The position numbers were made by a program, and so were the translations under genes. From Utricularia gibba (Eukaryota; Plantae; Magnoliophyta): a stretch of 64,000 nucleotides of DNA. Positions within the stretch are counted from its first letter, which is position 1; every line of letters starts with the position of its first letter. Of the stretch, positions 38,954 to 52,090 are shown in pieces. The stretch spans positions 310,001-374,000 of the forward strand of contig NEEC01000011.1 of NCBI GenBank assembly GCA_002189035.1, given 5' to 3'. Under the pieces are notes generated by a model. That model had not been told where the DNA came from. It saw nothing but the letters and a program-made list of their open reading frames with translations, and did not search any database.

Positions 38954-41027
38954 TGATAAACGGAAATTCTTATTATCATTGAAATAAAAATAGAATTCCA
39001 TATCAAATAAATTTGTAATTTCTAATACTCACAAAATACAAATTAAATACAAAATATAAACTGGAATTCGAGGCCGATCATAAGAAGCTTGTGCTAAGTA
39101 TCTCAACAAATGCAGAATTTAGAATAATATTAGCTCTTAATCTAAGTTCAAACTAACAATAGTAACCAAGTTCAGTAAAAAATATCAAGTCTCAATGTTG
39201 AAGATAAAAAATATTAATTCTAATAAAGAGTAATACTAGTATACCTTAAGAGTGTGCAGTTAGTGTGGTGCTAAAATACCTAATTTAATTTACGTGGTAA
39301 TATTTATTTTGACCCTACTGTTTTGGTATAAATGATAAAAATGACCCAACTGTTTTTTTCCGTTAGTGTGTTAGATGGAAATAACCCAATTAATTGGCAA
39401 AAATGGTAACACTATTTGTAATTAATACAATTTTGACCCAACAAATCTTATATATAATACTCTTTTGACCCGATTCGACAATAATAACCTAAACCGATTA
39501 TGGCATGGGCGGAAATGACCCAACTAATTGGTGAAAATGGTCACATTATTTGTAAATTATAATGTTTTGTCCCATTCGTTTTTATAAATATTATCTTTTG
39601 ACTCAATATACTTGTTAATGGGTAACCAACATTGTAAACACCAAAGTTTGTTGTTTTTTAACATTTAAATACTAAAGTTAAAAATTTCTTATTTTTTTAA
39701 AAAATACCAAACTCTGGATACGATTCGATAATGTCATTATGAAAATGATTTCAATGTAGATTTGTTTGTGTTTTCATTAGAGTTATCTGCTTTTCAAGAT
39801 GAAACTAAAAATGAACATATTAAAATACTCCATTCGATGAAAAAATGAATACTGAATTTTGTAATCAAGAAATTAGAATGAAATACACAGCAACATTATA
39901 AGTATAAAAATATAGATACAACAAATATTTTAAAGATAAAAAATATTAAAAAATTAGAAATTATAGCATGTTTTACCAAAAAAATTATATTATTAATATT
40001 AAAATCTATTTAACTAATTCAATAAAAAAGTTTTTTTTTTTTTAAAAAAAAGATCAAACGGACATTGTGCTCTTAATAAAAAAATTGTAAAAAAATGGTG
40101 GTCCATTTTATTTCAGCCCATATTAGTTTAAAGAAAAACCAATTCATGGGGATAATTAGCGAAATACATAAGATTGGTAAAATATCTAAGATTTTAAACA
40201 TATAGGTGATATACTTGTATTTTCATATACTCATTTGAAAAATACCTTGTTTTTTCAACATTATCACATTAATATTATTACTTTTAATAAAAATATTGAT
40301 GTGCATTTTTATTTATTCAAAATCATTATTTAAAATATTAATTTACATATTTTGAAGAAACAATGAAAAACATATATTTCATTTTCAACTTTCGAAATAT
40401 CTGATTAATTATGTATTTTTGTCAAAATAATAGTTATGAATATATATAACAAAAATATGTTGATAAAAATTTTAAAATTTGGGATATAAATAAATGTTTA
40501 ATCAATTGAGTTAAATTTTCTTGTGTTTTATAATAGAAAAAATTAGTTTTATTAAAATAAATATCCACATAAAAAATAAAATCAATCAATTAGGATTTTA
40601 ATTTTTTCATTAAATAATAATCAATAGATATAATTTTTATATTTTATTTTGTACATTTAAAATGGATATAAAGATTTTATAAAAAATAATGTAATTCTAT
40701 AAATAACATATATAATTTATGTTGAATTATCAATATATAAAACATAATAATTAACATGTCTTTGTAAGATATGGTTAAAATATCATAATTTAAAAAATAT
40801 CATATAATACTTATGACACAGATAAACCCCTTATTTAGCTAGAGAAAATTAGTTTCATGGAAGGATTTTTGCATCTAGGGTTTCTGTAAATAGTTTTCAA
40901 ACGAAATCTAGCTATTGAGATAGATTGGGATTTTGTGTTAGTTGTTGGATGCTCATACGTTTTTTTTATTCATTATTAGTTTTAGTCAACTTACCCTGTT
41001 TTTCCTTCATTTGTTAATATTAGGACA

Positions 41028-43330
41028 ATGGATTCAGAAGATGAGAAACTACCTGATCTAGAATATGATAGTGATTATGTGAATGATTTTTATGAGATTT
41101 TGTATACACACTTTCCAGTTGATACGTATGTGAAGTGCGCTGTTGAGAAACCTTTGAAGAGTAAAAATGAACAAGATGTGAATTGTAAACCATTTAAATA
41201 TAAAGATAGTGAAGATGTGAAGGAAGAACCATCAATTATTACAGATGAAGGAGGGAGCCAAGTGGTAGAAGAAAATCTAAAATGGTTTAATATTGACCTT
41301 GGATGGACTATTCAAGAGTTAGAGTAACTCAAAGATCATGATTGATTTGTTATTAATTATCTTTATTATATATTGTGCTTCATTGAAGTGCTTTCAAAAT
41401 GCAGGGTTGGCACTTGCTTTACAGAAAAGATACAAGCTAAGCAACAATTAGAAGATTACTGTGTGAAGAAAGGTATTGAATAGAAGTTTATGAAAAATGA
41501 TGAGCGACGATTGATTTTGATTTGTAAATTCAAGGGCTGTTTTTGGAAGTTTGTTGTTAAGAGGAAAGAGCATTGTTGTTGGCTTGTTGAAGAGGTCTCT
41601 GATCATTGTGATGAATGTGTGCCTCAGTCAAATAATAGGTCGGTTAGACCACGGTTCATTGGGCGAAAATATTTCCAAAAGATTATGAATCAACCGAAGT
41701 ATCCACTGAAAGCTTTTTGTCGTGACGTTCAAACATATTACAACCTCCAATGTGCACCTCACACAATCAGAAGAGGTAAAGAGTATGCCCGGAAGTTGAG
41801 TACAGGTTTTGAAGTTTCACAATTTGTTAAATTACGTTCGTATGTGGCCCAATATAAGTAGTCAAATCTTGGAGCAACCGTTGAAATCTTAGAGTGTCGT
41901 GATGGTGATTCCGTTGATCGATTAATGTGCACAGGCGTCTACTTTTGTCCAAAGGTATGTTTTTTATTCTTTTTGTTATTGGGTAAAAGTATGGATTGAT
42001 TTTCTTCAAAATTTGTTGTTCACAAATTGCTTACATATAGGCTTGTAGAGATGGCTTTGCATTAAGTGAGAGGAAAGTGATTGGAGTTGATGGATCACAC
42101 TTGTTGTCTAATGTGCAAGGGAAGTTACTAGTGGCAACTACATGTGACCCAAACAATGGAGTATATCCCTTGGCATGGGGAGTAGTCGGAGGGGAGACAT
42201 ACAAGAGTTGGAAGTGGTTCCTTCGATTGTTTGTCAAGGATTATGGTATAACCAACGAGAACTCATCAACATTCATAGTAATTTCTGATCGAGGGACAAG
42301 GATTATTCTTGCCATTCAGCAAGTAATGCCGGGAATGCATGTAAGGTTTTATTTATTTTAAATAATTAGCATGAGATACACATGGTTTTTCATAACTTAT
42401 TTCTTTGTGCATTAAGGTTCGTTATTGTGTGGTCCATTTACTAAAAAACATGAGAAGACATGTGAGGGTTGATCTACCTGACAGAGTTCGACAACTAGTA
42501 TGGAATGCAGCACGATCAACAACTCAAGTAGAGTTCAAGGAAGTAATGAGAAAGTTAGAGGGGGTTTGCCCTAAGGGTCATGGTTATCTTTTAGCAATAA
42601 ACCCCAAGTATTGGGTGCGAGCATATTTTCAAAAGAGCAACAAATGTCCTTTGCTTACGAATAATAATTCAGAATCTCTGAATGCTGCATTGAAGGAAAC
42701 CCGTGGCTTACCCTTCATCAACATGTTGGACAAGATCAATGATAAATTTGCAGAGTGGTTTGTTGAGAGGAGGCAGGGATCACTTAAGTGGCCTAGACCA
42801 CTTGGGGATCGAATTGATGCGATTTTAGCAAGAAATGTTGCAGCTGGTAGAGATGGGTGGATAGAGATGGATGATAGAGAAAACTTTCGATGGTTCCATG
42901 CCAATGGCATCGTCACTCTGAGACTCAGAAATTGTTCATGTGATTGCAGAGAATGGCAAATCACAGGTTTGATTCTTTTCTGATCAGTTTTTTCATCTTT
43001 TTTGAAATATTTTTATCTATTATTCTTTCACATCCTAGGTATACCATGTAAGCATGCGTGTCAAGCTATTATTCACATCAAAGGAACATTATCAGAGTTC
43101 GTGCATCCTTCTTACTTCAAGGTCAATTATGTAGCGATACGATGGTGATATCTATCGGTTACCAGGTGCCAAGTATTGGCCCTCAGATGATCTGCCTCCA
43201 TTGTTGCTGCCACCTTGGAAGCATAGGAAGCCATGACGTCCAGCTAAAAAAAAGCTTCACGGATGAAAAGTGTGTTTTGCAATGGTTGTGGTGAGAAAGG
43301 GCATAATCGTAGGAAATACCCTAATAAAAA
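41028..43330 (+). pseudogene. MuDR-type transposase of element 2, disrupted
   Basis: IGVDGSHL..GKLLVATTCDPNNGVYPLAWGVV, ISDRG, YCVVHLLKN, NNNSESLNA, SWIM CDCREWQITG|IPCKHA, knuckle CGEKGHNRR; in-frame TAG at about 41480 and 41859. Confidence 0.88.
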
Positions 43331-43869
43331 GATAGATGACGATACTAATGATATTGAGGAGCAAACTTGTGGTCCACCATCAGAAGACATAAATTCGACA
43401 AATGATGTCACTGAGGGTCATGTAATGATGATCACTTGACGAAGGATGGATCTTGTCAACAGAAAGGAAACAAGAGGAATCAACATGAACCCCAGGTATC
43501 GGAATAAGCGTTTACTTAATTTTAATCAATAGTGTTCAATGTTGTACAATCATGAATAGGTTGAACAACCAAAGCAAGATGCAACCAAACGGCGATCCGC
43601 CAAGCCCCAAAAGAAAACCAATGTCACCTTTCATTGTAGTTATGTTGAAGGAGGGGTTATAAATATGAACACCCGAAACGGGGCAAGATGTGCAAGTGCA
43701 ACAAGGCAAAATGGCAAAATTGAAAAGTGCACGAAAGGAGCCAATCGCACCACATTTAAGAGTATATGGTCGTTTGTGAGATGATGTTTTACAATCTGTC
43801 ATTGAGTAAGTAATGAGAAACAGTTTTTTCTAGCACATAATGATATTTGTCTCACTTTTTCTTATATTT

Positions 43870-44755
43870 TTATGACAGCAAACTTTCTAAGAAGCAACCA
43901 AATTCAAGGATGCGTGGAATAGTTATTGTTGATGTGTTGTGGTTTGGGAATGCAGCGGAGCGTAATTTTCAACATAGGCTAATGCCAAATTGGCTTAAAA
44001 GGAATGAACATGGAACAAGAACTACATAATTATTCCAATATGCATGAAGTAAGTAATGCTTATATGTATTTTGCTTTTGGTTTCATATAAGTCATATTAT
44101 ATGAACTTTATTTTCGTAGGGGCCATTATGGTTTAGCTATATTCTGTAATTTGGGATGCAAAGAAAATCGATGTGTTCTTGTACTTGATTCATTGCACTT
44201 AGACTACCAAAAAGGGCGTGAAGCTGCCATCCGCAGGTATTTTTTGTTTAGGATGATCCTAAATGACATATAGGTTGGGTATCTAATTGATTTCACTTAG
44301 GTTACTTTCTGTGATACTCATAGCAAATGGGGAAATTGAGGAGGATGCTTTAAAGGTTCTGATTCATTAGCCTTTGGTGAGTAATATGTAGTGATGTTGT
44401 TTCGCTTCATAGTACAAACGTTATTGTTGTGTTGATTTGACATATGCCTTTACAAGAGGGGGATCTGAGTGTGGGATTTATAAGTTGATGTACTTCGACT
44501 TATTCATAGCACAGAAACCGGAGAAATACATACTAGATGGTTACCCTCAATTTGTAAGTAATGACTTCTCATAAGTATTTTTAATATCATTTCATATCAT
44601 ATAGTAATTTATCTCTTATTTTATAGATGGTTCCGGAGTGGTTTACTGATGATGAAATTCGAAAGTTTGCACAAGATATGCAAATTCCACGCCATCGACG
44701 CAAGATTTCAGATGTGGGAACACAAGAGGGTGAAAAGATGGATTCTTATCTTTGA
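43870..44755 (+). pseudogene. Ulp1/C48 SUMO-protease-like gene carried by the MULE, 5 exons
   Basis: YIIIPICM|GHYGLAIFC (His 44124), VLVLDSL (Asp), PLQEGGSECGIY (Gln, Cys 44470), final exon WFTDDEIR. One frameshift and one in-frame TAG. Confidence 0.75.
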
Positions 44756-46934
44756 GTTATTAGCATTGTCATTTCATTTTTGTGAACTTATGAAACATTG
44801 TTGATCTCTTTTGTTCAATGGATATATATCTTAGCAGTAAGGGAAGCTCGGCCAGATTACCTAAATCCATAAATTCATAAATCCAATTGCCCATTATAGA
44901 TAATAATTATTATTTTGATTTTATGTTCTTCAACTGAGTTTACTCAATTATAATTCTAGCAATTGTTATAAAAAAATATCATTAGGTGTTAACATTAAAT
45001 TTATTCAAAATTTGATTTTAAACTTAATTATTTAGTAATAAATGTTCGAATTTATTATAATTATAAGTATTAATTAGTTAACATTCAATTTATTGTATAC
45101 TTTTTACATCAAAATAATATTTTCAACGTAAAATTCAACTTTAAATTCTATTAGATTTCTCCCAAGAATCCAAATTTAAACTCTAAATTCGTATTCATTT
45201 TACTTCCATAAATTTTAAGAATGTTTTTTTTTATTTTAAAGACCATTAAACCGATAAAATAATTATATATATAGACATATTTTTCTATTATTTTAGGATT
45301 ATAGTGATATGTTTAATGAATAGTGATAAGAAATATATATTATTGAAAAAAATCGAACAATATATTATTGGTAAGTTAAGTCAATACAAATTTTACAATA
45401 CTCTTTTAATCATAATCATAATTATCAATATATTCATCCGAATAGAATATTATTGAACAAATCTAACAATATTTGATTACAAAAAAGGGGCACTACATCA
45501 TGAAAAACAAGATTTGATATTCACCAACACCATTATCAAAAGAAATTGACAACAAAATTCCCAGTGAACGTTGAATGATTTATTTGTGGAATGAGTGTTG
45601 CCAACTTAAAATTTTTTAAATGATTATAATATTTTTTTACAAGAATTAATCACATCATATTCTCATTTTATGAACTCATATTTTTTAAAAATTCAAATTT
45701 TTAAATCAATTTTATTATCTTATTTTTCATTTAATTGACAAGTTCTAATATCAATGTAACCATCTTTATAAACACTTTAATTTTTTTTTAAAAATCAAAC
45801 ATGGGTCAATATAGATCAAAATGCATATGGTGGTTGGGTCAAAACAACAAAAAAAAAAGATAATGTTGAACCAAAGTAGCTCCATCCACAAGAACGTTAG
45901 GATCAAAACCACATAATTGAAAATGTTAATTGGGTCAAAATAGTTCTAAATAAAATTTATTAGATTTAAAAAGTTATAAAAAAATATTTGTTGAGTCAAA
46001 AGTGGATCACATGGGTCAACATAGTCAGATTAGAAAAATAGTGGGTCATACAAGTTAGACCGGCTCAAAATACGTAGATCAAAATGGATAAATAGAATAA
46101 ACAGTGAGGTCATAACTTCCATCACCTCTTTAATTTAGCTTATTCTTATACTCACAACTTTAAACAAACTAAGTTTTCTTAGGTCATTTATCATGTTTTC
46201 GGCTCATATAGTCCTCAATATCATTACCAACATCGCAATTAGATCTACCTGCATGCAAAATGTATAGAATTAGGTTTAATCGGTTCTACTTGTTCTACCC
46301 TAAACTAATACCTACTACTCTCGTCTTATTTGTTGATCTACCTCTAAATCAAGCATCTTAGTTACAAATCTACTTGTTCCCCTCCTTAGATCTATCCATG
46401 AAATTATAGAAACAAGAACTAAGAAATAAAGATAAATTTCATTATTTACCTTAGATCCACACCACCACACTTTACCTTAAGACATCCCTAAAGTTTTAGT
46501 TACTCAGACTTGAAAGTTAAAACATAATGTCATTAAGATTAGATAGCCAAAGTAATAGAAACATTGTTAGGAAGTCTATCACAAAAACTAAAACATTTAG
46601 CAAATGAAAATAAAGTAAAAGATTATTCTGGTTCCCATCTGCTAGTGTTCACTGTCTGAAACAGTAGCGTTGAACTGGATCTTGGAGCTGTTCTTCAGGT
46701 TGGGGAGTCTCCTTCCCAATAATCTCCTTCTTTTTCCTTCTTGTTCAGTGTTGATGTTGTTGGAGGAGAGAACCACCTCATGTGTGTTGTTGAAGCTATC
46801 CTCATGATTCTCTCTCCTCCCGATTTTCTCTTCTCTCTCACTTCCCAAAGCAAGTACAATCTCTAACAGTTCTATTGCTTCTACCCCTGACTTGCAGATT
46901 GTCACTGCGACAGTGTACTCATTGCTTCCTTCTC

Positions 46935-47250
46935 CTCCTGCTGCATGATGACTTGCATGATTGAAAGGTGCTTTGGATTATGGAAGAAATGGATTCATAT
47001 GGTCAATGATGTACCTACCAATATGAAATTTAAGCATCATGTAAGATTAGTCGGGGCCACAATGGCCATTCACAATTGATTGTGTCATGTTAATGTTGAT
47101 GGTAATGGCTCTAATTTACTCAACTTCCAACAGAATGAGCATGCTTGAGAAGATGAAGATAATCTTGAAGAAAAAAAATAAGACATTATATCAATGTATG
47201 GACTTCCTACGAGAATCCATTATTGATGATTACAGATTCCTACGATAAGA
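46935..47250 (+). mobile_element. PIF/Harbinger DDE transposase remnant, C-terminal part
   Basis: IERCFGLWKK...VRLVGATMAIHN matches the IERAFGxLK...ALHN region of Harbinger transposases. Confidence 0.7.
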
Positions 47251-47639
47251 TAAGATCGTGATTATGTGCACTTAGTTGTGGTTCTTATTAGTAATATTGT
47301 ACTTGCTATTTGATCATCAAAATACAGATAATATAATTTTATCTTTAAATTTTACTTATTTATAATTTATTTTTACTTATTTCCAACTACTTCAAAGTAA
47401 TTTCTACTTAAATAATAAATTATTTATTTGAACTAACTAGAAATTATAAAATAAATCGTAACAACTATAACATAATTTTACTCGATTTTTAAATAGTGAG
47501 AACTAACAATATAAATTTGGGAATCATTTTTACAATTTAGCCAAATGTTGGGTACTAGTTGTAACTCCCATTGATTTTCATCCTCTACTTTTTTCCAGGA
47601 ACACTACTACGTTCAAGTCCTTTGAAATCCACCCTCTTA

Positions 47640-47900
47640 CCTGTTCCCCGGGTAGAGTTTTGCTGAGAATCTGTGTTTCAACCCTGCGATGAGAGCCTGA
47701 TCAGAAAGCTCGAGATGGGATGGGAAGGTGGCAATGTTGTACGGATGCGCTTCGGCGCGCGCCAAAAACGTAGAGGAGCACCAGCAGAACTCCACCCCCA
47801 GCCTTAAAAAGCAGAAAGCCTCCCCTTCCCTCTCCGCCGTCTAGAGGCAGCCACAGCTCCTCCTCTACTACCACTGCTGCTAGTGACTAACACCAAGTGC
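47640..47900 (-). other. GC-rich exon-like island ending in a CAG|GTAAG donor
   Basis: Open frame EGEAFCFLRLGVEFCWCSSTFLARAEAHPYNIATFPSHLELSDQALIAGLKHRFSAKLYPGNR, then GTAAGAG at 47640. Product not recognised. Confidence 0.3.
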
Positions 47901-48156
47901 GTGCAAGTCTCGGAGTTGAGTTGGATGGTGGACTAGACGTTGGTGCTGGGATTAGCCAAAAACGCAACACCAAATTAACCAACTTTTTGGATGTACATGT
48001 GCACCTTCGTCTTGAATTTGGGTGTGGGGGATTTGGTTCCCAATTTAACAAAGAAGGAGAAGGCTGGTCTTCAGACAACTAAAACTGTATTATGTGAAAG
48101 GCTTGTATGTTTCACCTGTAGTTCCCAACCCTGAAAAAGGATGAACCAACAACATA

Positions 48157-49302
48157 TCATTTCTCTTCGAACTCAACATCTATGATGCCAGGATCAGACT
48201 TTGAAGAAGAACCAGGGCCTCTGCCTTTTGAGAAGTCACCTTGCGGCTGCCACACGATGTTTCCACAGCTTGCGCATCGAATGGTTTGGCTCTTGTACCC
48301 CATGAATTGCCTTCTACACGCAGGGCATTCTCCCTGCTCCGGAAAATTTATACCACATGAAGATTATGGGGATCGACCAAATGTGTTTTTGGAATACGAG
48401 CAGAAGGGCAATAGCCTTCCTTACCTTTATGACAAGATTATTTGCCAAAAGCCCGATCACGAGAGGGCCGGCTAATGGCAGCACCCATGTGGTGAAGATA
48501 AGGACTCGGAATAGCCATCCTGACAGAGCAAACCACACAAAGAAAAGCGTCTGCACAAATATCAAAGAAACGACCTCAGTTTGATAAATATCAGCAAGAC
48601 TTTCTACTTGGAAATATCGTGCAAGAGTTCAGATACGAAAAGCGTCGATCTCAGTTTCGAAACGAGATGCTTAAGAGAAGCAGGATAAGTGAATCAGATG
48701 AACAAGGCATAGAACCACTGTCATTTAAGATAGGAACATGCACTCACAGCAAAGCTTCTTCCCAGAGGGGTGTCCAGGAAGTCATTGAGCTGCCTCCTGT
48801 ACTGCAAAAGAAGAAGGCAAGAATGTAAAAGAGTTGCGATGAAAAGGGGAGAAGCAAAAAATATCTTGCAATCATGAAAAAATTTCATCGTTCCGATAGA
48901 AATCTAGTGGCGAATCAATACCTTGGGCAAATTTGACATGAACTCAAGCGAGAACGCCCGCCACCGCCGATTAATTTCAAAATCGCGGTCGAGCGCACGA
49001 GCCCTATCGGCCACACATTGCGCTGCAGAAGAGAGCCGCCTCGAAATCTCATACCTCCGGTCCAGCAGCTCCGCCGTTTTACTCGTCTCGTAGACCAAAA
49101 GCTCGAAGCCGTCGTTAGCCTTCCTCCAAGCGTCACGCCACGCCTCTCCGGAAGCCAGTCGCTTAGCGAAACCGTCAACGTCACTCCGCCTGAAAGCGCG
49201 CACAGTATTCACGCGGCAGCGTATTACCACGGCGTTCGCTGGATTTCGAAGTCGGCATCTCGTGTGGATCACAGGGCGGCAAAGTATGCCGGAAGCAGCC
49301 AT
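48157..49302 (-). CDS. Uncharacterised plastid-type membrane protein with C-terminal CxxC-x12-CxxC, 4 exons (resembles Arabidopsis At2g44870)
   Basis: RAFRRSDVDGFAKRLASGEAWRDAWRKANDGFE | YRRQLNDFLDTPLGRSFA | TLFFVWFALSGWLFRV..GPL | GECPACRRQFMGYKSQTIRCASCGNIVWQPQGD..IIDVEFEEK*. All junctions GT-AG and in frame. Confidence 0.85.
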
Positions 49303-49530
49303 GGACAACACAGAACCGTGAAAATGAACTCAAAGGCGGAGGTTGCTTGGACCTTTGAAATACGGAAATTACTATTTCCACCCTGGATCCATAGATTCAT
49401 GGGAATACACTTTTTTATTTATAAAAATAGCAAAAACACACCGCATTTTGCAGAATGTTCATTTCAGCTGGTAACAGTTGAACTTGTACACACACAAAAG
49501 GAAACCAATGATGATGATGATGAGGCTTCT

Positions 49531-52090
49531 TCAGATAGCTCCTGGGTGCGGGTTTGCATTCTGCTCCGCTGCAGCAGATCCTTGAGGAGGGTGCTCTTGC
49601 TCTTGCTCCTGCTCTTGCTCTTGGAGGGGTGGCTCAGCCCCCACCTCGGCATGGTGAAATTTGACGACTATGCAGGTGATATTGTCCGCACTCCCGTGAC
49701 TGAATGCGGTTTCTGTCAACTTCCGCGCCGCTGCTTCTGCGTCCTCCTCGGCCAGCCCGATCGCGACAGCTTCCTGCAAACCATGTCAACAGTGAAGTTC
49801 ACAGGGGGGAAAGGCGGAGAGATGATCAGCCGGCCGGCGGGGTACCTCGTTGGGTACGACGTCCCACAGGCCATCACTGGCGAGTACAAGCAGTTCCAGA
49901 TCCAGGTCGATCTCTTGCTCCTGTAGAATACAGGAGGAGTGGATTATAAACTTGACAAATCAGGTGTTGGTTGAGGAGGCCGTGGCCTGCTTTACTCCAG
50001 TCCTTAGTCACCTGAATCTCAGGTTCAGCCACAACAAACTGCTTCAGCATTCGATTGCCGAAAGCACGAGACATCGCCAGGACACCTCCGACCCTCCATG
50101 TCCCTGAAAATCATATCGCTGTTGAAGCTCCGAGCGTGCATGTGTTTGTGACTCATGCTTTCAGCTGTAATAGATAACAGAGGAAGCCAAACCTGCCCAC
50201 ATCACCACACCTCCTGCGTTTTCAATCCTCTTCCGCTCATCGATCCTGTTTGGTTTGTGATCTTCAGAGAGCGGGATTGCTGTCGAGGAACAAGAGAGGT
50301 GAGCGAAAAAGAAAATCAAGAAACACTATTGGTTCTTCTGAAGGTATCGCGGGCTACTTAAAACATAGATAACACATTGGGTGAGCAAATCATAGTGAAA
50401 ATTTTGAAGCAAATTCTCCAGCCAGAACATATATTTCATCGAAACGAGCAACAGAAGTTAAAAGTCATGCAGTCTGGACTGCCCACAGACTCTCTTGCAC
50501 GTTTGCGTGATAAAGAATAAGAGTACAGGCTACCAAGCGATCTATGATAAAGATTGCACCTTTCCCAGTCTTAGACATGATAGTTCGAGAATCTCCAACA
50601 TTAGCAACATAGAGGTGATTGCCGATGACAACTGCCGTTGAAGCAGTTGAGCCATCATCACGAGTGATATCCTTTTCTGATTCCAAAAACTCCCTGTCTG
50701 TCTGCTGATAAGTCTCACCTGTAGAACGTTATCATCAAGGGCACCTTCCTAGAAGAATTTCAGAAAAAACTAAAACTACAGCAGCATATTAAGACCACAC
50801 TCAAACGTCACATCACATCTCACAGTTGAATTTTCATCAGCGTATCTTTAAGCTGGAAATGATTCAGAAATGATTGGTAATCCTCATTAACAGAAACATG
50901 GATAACTATGAAAGCCTAACTATGAACGGGAAAAATATGTCTTGAGATAAATTGGGGATGCTCACTGATGGCCAACTTCGTATTTGAAATAAATTCTGGG
51001 TGTCTCATAAGATTTTCAAAAAGGTGTTCCTTCAAATATTCTGCAGCTCGAGAGCCACCATGGCCTGCATAAAGATAACAGCTTGATTAGGAGCCTAACG
51101 AGGCAGCATACTTTACTCCCATCGAGGGGGGAAGAATGACACATATGATATACACCCATTTCACCATATTCAATTAAATTAAAGAAAAGAATGAACATAG
51201 TCAACTGCGGACGTGCATCATTCACGGTAACTTAATCCAGTTAGTTTTGCTAGTCATCACCACATTTATTCAGTGTTTTAAAGCCATGAATTGTTCTCCG
51301 GCCATCACACATTAAGCTGCAATAAGCAATTAGAGATCCACATGGCGCAGGCTTACCATCGAAAATTCCAAATAGGCAAATTGGCTGCCCATCAACTTCT
51401 GAGAACTTTATGTCAAAAAAGTCTTCCATGGTAGCTCGCTTCCCCTTAAAACTGGAATAGCCACAACTTGGTCTTCCATCTTCCCTGTAAGAATAATTGG
51501 GACAGACTTCAGTTAATGTGACCGCAAAATATGAAAAGAATTCAAAATATAAAGCTACAGCCTGTGCAAGGCCAACACGCCGTATGCTAAAAGAATAAAA
51601 AAAAACAAACCTATCTAATTCACATGCCATTGGGACTACCAGCGCCGCAACCAAAATATGATCAAAGTAGAAAATTACTAACAAAATGCATGCAACTACA
51701 AGCGTTGAATTGAAAAATAACAAAAAGCTAATGAAACCAGTTGCTAGGGTCACGCATGAAATGAGCAAGGAAACCAATCCACTATTATTCATAATTGAAG
51801 TTAACAATTCCCTAACCTCTTCCATCCCCCGCTAGCAAAGCTTCCATCCTCATCCCCTTGCAGTATAAAATCAGGCATGGATCCCTTTGCAGTAGAACCG
51901 CAATCTACCATCATACTCCCTTTTCTTAAGAAGCTTCTCTTCGTCCGACAAGCTACACGGTTGATGGACAACGAAGTCCCACAGATACGCAACAAATGCC
52001 CGGCCTTAGCGCACCTTCCAATGTGCCACACCCAAAAACTTGCACATCACAAAAAGCCGCTGCATAGCTTCTAAATTGGCGCAATTTCAT
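49531..52090 (-). CDS. PP2C: Protein phosphatase 2C (PP2C76-like), 8 exons, acidic QE-repeat tail
   Basis: [16 protein letters not shown]|[63 protein letters not shown]. Start uncertain: ATG 52090 needs one extra G near 52026. Confidence 0.9.

Larger units (their letters stand above)
39293..46128 (+). mobile_element. MULE (element 2, 6836 bp) with transposase and Ulp1-like gene
   Basis: Perfect 9-bp TSD TTTAATTTA (39284-39292 and 46129-46137). Imperfect TIRs GGT(A/G)AT......TGACC..ACTGTTT. Repeated TTTTGACCC (left) and GGGTCAAAA (right) subterminal motifs. Confidence 0.9.
38954..46915 (-). mobile_element. LTR family A copy split by the MULE insertion (pieces 38954-39292 and 46129-46915)
   Basis: Removing 39293-46128 plus one TSD copy rejoins a sequence colinear with 37237-38380. 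Confidence 0.75.

Noticed and set aside
49585-49625. (GAGCAA)n repeat giving QEQEQE in the PP2C tail
   Set aside because: Ordinary coding microsatellite in a variable acidic tail.
49018-49926. 302-aa plus-strand ORF spanning two genes
   Set aside because: Antisense shadow of GC-rich exons of the PP2C and plastid-protein genes. Its poly-L and poly-D runs are the reverse of the QE repeat and a short TCA repeat; no motif recognised.
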